DNA from: Eledone cirrhosa
Taxonomy: Eukaryota
Length of the DNA stretch: 64,000 nucleotides
Assembly (NCBI GenBank): GCA_964016885.1
Contig: OZ024740.1
Coordinates: 222,270,001 to 222,334,000 of the forward strand
Reading direction: 5' to 3'
Every line of letters starts with the position of its first letter. Position 1 is the stretch's first letter. Shown one piece after another: positions 57,393-64,000 of this stretch. A program made the position numbers and the translations under genes. The notes under the pieces are model-generated. The model had not been told where the DNA came from, searched no databases, and saw only the letters and a program-made list of their open reading frames with translations.

Positions 57393-60300
57393 GGTTTCTT
57401 AATTGGCCACAAGGGCTGACACGAAGAAAAACATTTGAGACAGCACAGAACAGTACAGGACGATACAAAGTGGTTTTGGTCATGTAAACAGGTTATAACA
57501 AAATCGGGCTAGAAATCCAAAAGAAATTCAAGCAACAAAAATTCCCCAAGAAGGGGGAGACCTCCGAGGGTCACTCGTGGTGAAAACCACACTAAAGACC
57601 ACGGCCACCCTGACAACCAGGGCAAGCGCCCTCTCTCACTTTTCCCACTCCTCAGTCTACAGGCGTATACTCAGAGCGGGCCCGTTCACTCGGACCAGAC
57701 TCGCCACTTTCACCCAGCTTTCAACAAACTTACTAGAAGACAGCAGTTGCCTCGCCACTCTGATTTTCCTCTTCAAGTGAAACTTGAAAAAAGTTAATCA
57801 GGGATTGGCCGGAGAGGCGAGTGTCCGTCTTCAACCCTTTCAGTCTTGTCGACCACACAATCTCTTTCGCCATGGCCACCAGGCAGATGAAAATTGCCTG
57901 ACCTTCCCCCTCTTTAAAGGAGGATGGCGGGGCCATCTGCATAATGGACTCAGTCAATAGCCGGATCCGTCCTACACGCGACAGCAGCTGTTCGGCATAG
58001 CTCCACAAGTCAGCAATCCTTGGGCACTGAACGAGTGCGTACATGACGGTTCGTTGCCCTGTGCGCATCTCTGACAGGCTCGGCTGACAGCTCCTCCGTG
58101 CCTGTAAAGCTTACTCCGAACCGACAACGCCCCCCGGTAGCACTGCCAGGCCAGGGTTTCTGGAAGTTGTCCATAGACCCCGGTCTGAAAGTTCTCTTGA
58201 AGAGGGCGAACAGCTGTCGTCTTCGACGCCCAAGGTCTCCCCGAGATCGTCGTCGCTCTTTCCCTCCACTAACCCTCTATAGAACGCCGAGGTGGATGTT
58301 CCACCGATACTAGTGTCCAGCCGGTAGAGGGTGGTGAGCGCTTGGAGACATTCCAGCTTCCAAGCGCTATCGCTATCCCTCGGTCTTTTCCTGATCCAGA
58401 ACTGCAGCTCCGTCAATGAGACGAGCTGGGGAAAAGCGCGTCTGGTAAACGGTGACCATACTTGTTCACCGTCAAGGAAGCACCAGGGATGTCGCAGCCT
58501 CAGCGCATGTTTGCGCATCATCAGCAATAGCATGCCTACGGGTGTTGATAGCAAATGGATCGTCTGACCATGGGTGCATGTCCCTTCCACAAAAAGTGGT
58601 AGAGAAGGCGCTCCATTTTAGTCAGAGTTGGGCGGGGTCAACGTACGACGGTCAGGCGGTAGCAGATGACGGACGCTATGTACGCATTCGCCACCTCCGC
58701 CCGACATTTCAGAGACAGCCTCCTCTCGGCCCATTTCTAGGGGAGAGAGGCCATCCTGCTCGTCACCTCCCTTCAGTTTTATTCTATCCGGAGGTCCGGA
58801 CCGAACCAGACCCCGAGCAATTTAACCGGTCCTTCCGTTCAGTGCCTAAGGACGCTGTTGGATGGCATGGACTTGCCTCTCCAGGTGCCGTGTTGCAAGC
58901 TCACCGACTTTTCCTGGTTTATCTTTGCTCCGGTCACCGCTTCGTATTCCTTGAGAGCGGTGCCGGGCATCTGGACGTGTTTGGTGCTGGACACCACCAC
59001 GGTGACGTCGTCGGCGTAAGCTGACACGGATCTCCCGCATCCCAGTTTGCGTGGGACCCCGCTCATCGTCTACGATTTGTGTAGTAAACGCTCTAGGGCC
59101 AGTACGTACAAGAGTAACGAGAAGTGGCAACCCTGGCGGACCGAGCGCATGATTCTGAAAGGCTGCGACAGGTGACCATCCGCCCTTACAATCGGGCAGA
59201 TGTCGATGTGCATCGCAGCGATCCAGTCCCTAAAAACGGGACCGAAGCCGGCCGCCTTGAGAACCGCAGCCAGGTACCGATGGTAGACCCTATCAAATGC
59301 TTTAGATTGATCCAAGTTGATAAGGGCCCCACCCGTGCCAGGTTCCTTAACCACCCTCTATATGATGTATCGCATGAGATGGAGGTTGTCGTGGTGGATC
59401 TGTCCCGGATGGCGCATGTCTGCGCCTCTCCCACCAGATCACCCACGACAATCGCCAATCTCTTTGCTAACACCTTGGCCAAAATCTTAAAATCTGGGTT
59501 TAGCAGAGTTATGGGCCTGAAGTTGTCTATAACGTCCCCCTTGTTCGGCTCTTTTCTCAGCAGCGCCACCGCTCCCCGGCTCACAAAACTGGGAATGCTC
59601 TCGTTCTGCTGCCAGTTGCAGTAGACATCTGCCAAGAGGTTGCCGAACAAGTCTGGGATATACGCATAAACCTCGTAGGGCAGAACATCCAAACCTCGGG
59701 ATTTACCCCTCGTGCACTCAGACATCGCACCCCGCATTTCACCTGCTGTTATAGGCTTTTCTCAGCACTGAGCTGGGGTCGTCGAGAGCCGCGGCAGTCC
59801 GACGAGGTATGCACCGAAGTCCATACTCCGATCCGGACCGCCGCCGCTACCGAACAATTGAGCAAAGTTCTGTTGAAAAGCCGCACACATCTGCTCGGGT
59901 TCGAGCAACATGCGCCCGTTTTGATCAGGCAAAGACTGAATTGTGGAATTGTTGCCACGTTGCGCCTCCACCACCCGGGCCCGTTAAACTGCTTTCGTTC
60001 CCTCCTGTCTTAGAGCACGCGCTCTAGCTCTGACAATGCAGCCTTCATGCTTTGCGTTGAAGAATTGGTCGAGTGCCAATCTCACCGCAAGCACGTCGGT
60101 TGCGATGCCTGTCCTAAACGCCTCTTCTAGCTTTCTAAGTAACCCTCCCACTTTTCTATTTCCCTCTATCACTACTCCTTTGCTAAACCTTATCGATTCT
60201 ACACTAATAACCCTTTTCAGGTAAACAACCACCTGCTGTTGACGATCGCGCCCGTCAACGCAGGCTTAACTAATTCGCTAATTCGGTCTCTGTAAGCTTT

Positions 60301-61999
60301 GCGCGCCGGGAACGATGCGTTCAGCTTCCAGTAGCCGGGCCCTTGCCTATGGAGTCTATCTAAGTCAACTTCACAGATCACAAATTTGTGGTCAGTGTAA
60401 TTGACTACTTTAAATTGTGAACAACTTACACTACCCTTATCTGTTTCCCTGCAAAATAATCTATCTAAATACGATCTGGATGACCCGATGCAGTTTTCCC
60501 ATGTCCACATTGGCACATTCGGATAATCCAGTCTATAACTGTCAGACACTTCAAAACGTCTGAGCAGGTTGTTGAGGCTTTTACACCCTCCTGCCCTGTC
60601 TACTAGCCCCACATAATCTCAGTGTGCACCTAAGATACCGTTCTAGTCGCCCATAACCACTAAAGAGCGGGACGTTCCAAGAAAGGTCTCTAGACGTCTG
60701 AATAAATCTGGCCGTCCGACCCCAGTTGGGGCGTAGCCGGCTACTAGCCAGAAAGCATTGCCTTCGCTGCCGGTCACGTCCAGCACCACGTACTTACCTT
60801 CTGGATCCAGGAAGATGGCCCATATGGCGAGATCCAAGCCTCTCTGAAAAAGCACGGCAACTCCTCCCCCAATCCTGGATGGCTGGAAGATGCGTACACA
60901 TCGTAGCCACCGAAGATCGGCGCGATGGCTCGTGCTTCGGAGATTCTGGTCTCGCTGATGGCCACCACATATATATTTAGTGACCTGAGATCGTTGAGCA
61001 GGTCACCCTGCTTACATGATGACTTCAGGTCATGTACATTTATACTGCCTATTCTAAGTACGGCCATGTCGGACGCGAAGCGGGGTAAGTGAGAAGGATC
61101 ACTTACCGTGATCGTGTGGTGAAGGGACAGTAGAACCGACCCTTTGGCTTTTCATGGGTGTTTCCAAGAGGATGTCAGTGTATATCCTCTTGGTAACCGA
61201 CCCTCTGAAGTCTCCAACTGCGTTGGCTAATTTTTGTTTTAAAAGTTTGTAATGTTCTATTTTGATTTCAATGATGTTTATGTTTGTCAGGAGAGTTCTT
61301 GGTGTTGGTGGGGTGTAGTAGTTTTTCTGTGATGTTTGTGTGCTGCTTTATATGTTGTAAGAGTTCTTTATTTACCATGTTTATGGCTGTGTACTTTTTG
61401 GGGGGAGGGGAGATTTTGTTGCTGTTGGGTGCGTGTGTTTTGTTGTGTTTGCGATGTTGGTGTTTTGGTGATGCTGGTGGTGGTGTTCTTGTTGTTGGTG
61501 GTGATGGTGATGGTGGTGGTATTGCTGCAAATCTACTTGCAGCCTTTACCCCTCTTTGTCTGCCTTCGCTTTTGCAGGGTTAAGCTAAGGGGTTTTTCCT
61601 TTTTTGTTTTATGTGGCAGACCGTTTGCCACTTCCCTCCCGCCTCATACTCCATGTCAGATTCCGTGGCGTCTGGAAGGGGTATGAGCTCCACTGCTGTT
61701 GGTAGTGGTAGTGGAGCCCGCTCCGGCGATTTTGCCACCGGCGATTTTGCCACCGATTTTGCCACCGATCTTTGAAGAAATCGGGTGGAGGCTTCAGGGA
61801 CACTCTATTGTCGTTTCTCGACGCCATGGCTCTTGCGACTTTCATCTCCTCCTCCGTGACTAGCAATCTCTCTATATTTCGGGCCACACCTGCGAAAGAA
61901 GTGGCCCCTTTTTCAGCGGCACCATTATTGCTGCTGCCGCTACTGCTGCTACTAGTCTTGTTGTTGGTGCTGTTGTTGCAAAAGACGTCCGATTAGACC
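57393..61999 (-). mobile_element. Tx1/L1-clade LINE, frameshifted, ORF1 probably 5'-truncated
   Basis: ORF2 starts at 61067. APE motifs: MAVLRIGSINV, ISET, VMGD, YLDRLF, TDHK, GPGYWKLN. RT motifs: NFRPITLLNPDFKILAKVLA, LDQSKAFDRV, VRQGC, AYADDV. C-terminal ALVQCP. (AAT)n flanks both sides. Confidence 0.9.
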
Positions 62000-62019
62000 A
62001 ATAATAATAATAATAATAA

Positions 62020-62209
62020 TAATTGTTTCTACGTTAGGCACAAGGCCAGCAATTACCCAGTGCATTACTGGTACTTTATTTTATCGACCCCGTAAGGCTG
62101 AAAGGCAAAGTTAACCTCAGTGGGATTTGAACTCAGACTGTAAGGGGACGTAACTATGCTAGAAAGCATGGTGCCTGACCGTCTACCGATTCCTCCAATC
62201 TACCACCCT
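62020..62209 (-). mobile_element. main SINE, full length, in (AAT)n
   Basis: Consensus match flanked by AAT repeats on both sides. Confidence 0.9.
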
Positions 62210-64000
62210 AATAATAATAATAACATTGCATTCGTTTGCAAGCAAACATCATCATTATGCTATGTTTTGTTCCTGATGACCGCCGTCATTCAACAGTAGC
62301 AACGAAGAACAGTCAACACGTTTCCAGGTTATCTCCCTTTCTTAAAACTGCTTACCTCTCTGCTACTCGTTTGAACTGTTGAAAATATATAGCATCTTGT
62401 AATGTATATATCGTCTGATTAGCGCTATTTGCATATCCAGCGATTTTACAGCTGGCCTTGCCGAAAATTAAAAATAAAATTAGAACTTGATTTTGCGCTC
62501 TAAGGTTACATGAATGTAATTATGGATTTTATATCGAATAATAATGATAATATTCGATTCGTGTGGAAGCAAAGAGCCTCATTATGCTATGTTTTGTAAT
62601 CATCATTGTGAGAGTGAAAATCAAATTCAAATTTTGTTTTTAATTTTCCGCAAGTCCAACCGTAAAATCGCTCGGTATGCAAATGGGGCTAATAAGCCAA
62701 TGTATGCAGAGTTAATAAATTGTTGGGTACAGAGAAATACGTCAGCTCACCCTGTGACAGTGAAATATCACAGAAAGTCATCAGTCTAATAGAAAACAAA
62801 CATATGGTGTCCACAAGCAGACTGTATGTCAGGTTTTCATTTTTGACACAGGCTTTGCTGATGTCAATGCAGCAACTCTATTTTCACCAAATATCTCGAA
62901 AGACAAGCTCTACTATTGAGTTATATGCTAGAGTAGGTCTCCGGAAGATCTGGCGTAACAAAAGTAACGTTCATGTCCATTAAAGAGGTAGATAAATCCA
63001 AGGTGTTGAGAAGGCCTGTTGTTAACGTTTATTTCCATCACCTTTGAGATGTTGGAAGTATATGAGATAGAAAAATATTTAGCATGGTTAGACGGATTAT
63101 GATTTTTGAGAATGGAACTGACTGTTATAAATTATCAGAATATATCGTTATCTGGCGCGGGCACAGGTGCTAGCTCTGAAGTACATTTTTGTAGCTTGGT
63201 CCCTTTCTTTTTGAAGCGGCAGTACAATTTCGTAGATATTTAGCTGCCATTTCTACGAAATTGAGTAACCACATAGAGGCTTTAACGCCATTACGTTTTA
63301 GCCTTGATCAGCCATGATTCAACAGATCTATTATCAAAGTTATCAGAGTCTTTCAAGTCTTGACCATCCCACCATATGCTTTTTGTATAGCTAGAATTAA
63401 CTTTTCCAATGTGTCCTTGTTTTAAGTTAGTAGGTTGCGATTTGGGTGAATTTGGGTACTATTTTAGCGGACTATTATTCTTATCTAAGCACCCTTATTG
63501 GGCTATGGTGATTAGGGTAAATAAAAGGAGAAACATTCATAATATTAACTCAAGTTCAAACGAATCAATTAATACACTGTAGTACTAACTAAAACACATA
63601 TATTGATCAGCTAGAAAATTAATAAAAGAATACAACATTCGCTTCAATTCTAGCTTACCCCCTCTTTACTTATATATCTTATACAAATTTGCATATCTAT
63701 GCATGTGTCTTCATTGTGTATCTCAATGTTCTATTGTTTAAAATAAGTATTTCAGCTAACCGAAAATGTATAATTCTTACCTATTCGGAGTGCCTGACGT
63801 TTTTCTAAAAAGTCGCAATCCGTGACTTGAAAAGCTTGATTAACTTTTAAGCTATAAATCTCCGATTGAATTCCTACTGTATTTCTTTTTTGCTTTTGTT
63901 CGTGACAGACCCAGGTAGTCACTTAAGGTATTGAAAGATATTGTATATCAGATTACCCATGAAAAAAATAGTTAGAAATTATTACAGCCTATAACTAATT

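Overview
AT-rich, microsatellite-dense animal genomic DNA, intronic or intergenic. The SINE families and repeat texture suggest an octopus or other coleoid cephalopod, which is an inference. I cannot support any host protein-coding gene; most short ORFs are microsatellite translations. The window is a transposon mosaic: about 20 copies of one tRNA-derived SINE, three R4/Dong-type (RT plus restriction-like endonuclease) LINE families, a Tx1/L1 LINE, RTE remnants, a Tigger/pogo relic, a Helitron relic and hAT MITEs. The most striking signal is missed by the ORF track. Many small elements sit in (TA)n microsatellites, carry type I hammerhead-ribozyme (HHR) motifs and are often arranged as fold-back palindromes. 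The best example is a near-identical 310-bp tandem array at 3950-5522 with one HHR per unit. It looks like a non-LTR retrozyme or Penelope-dependent circular-RNA element and is inverted head-to-head. At 48.4-62.2 kb, LINEs and SINEs pile into (AAT)n tracts, and the SINE shares its 3' tail with the Tx1 LINE. All motif and pairing calls were made by eye; boundaries of old elements are approximate.
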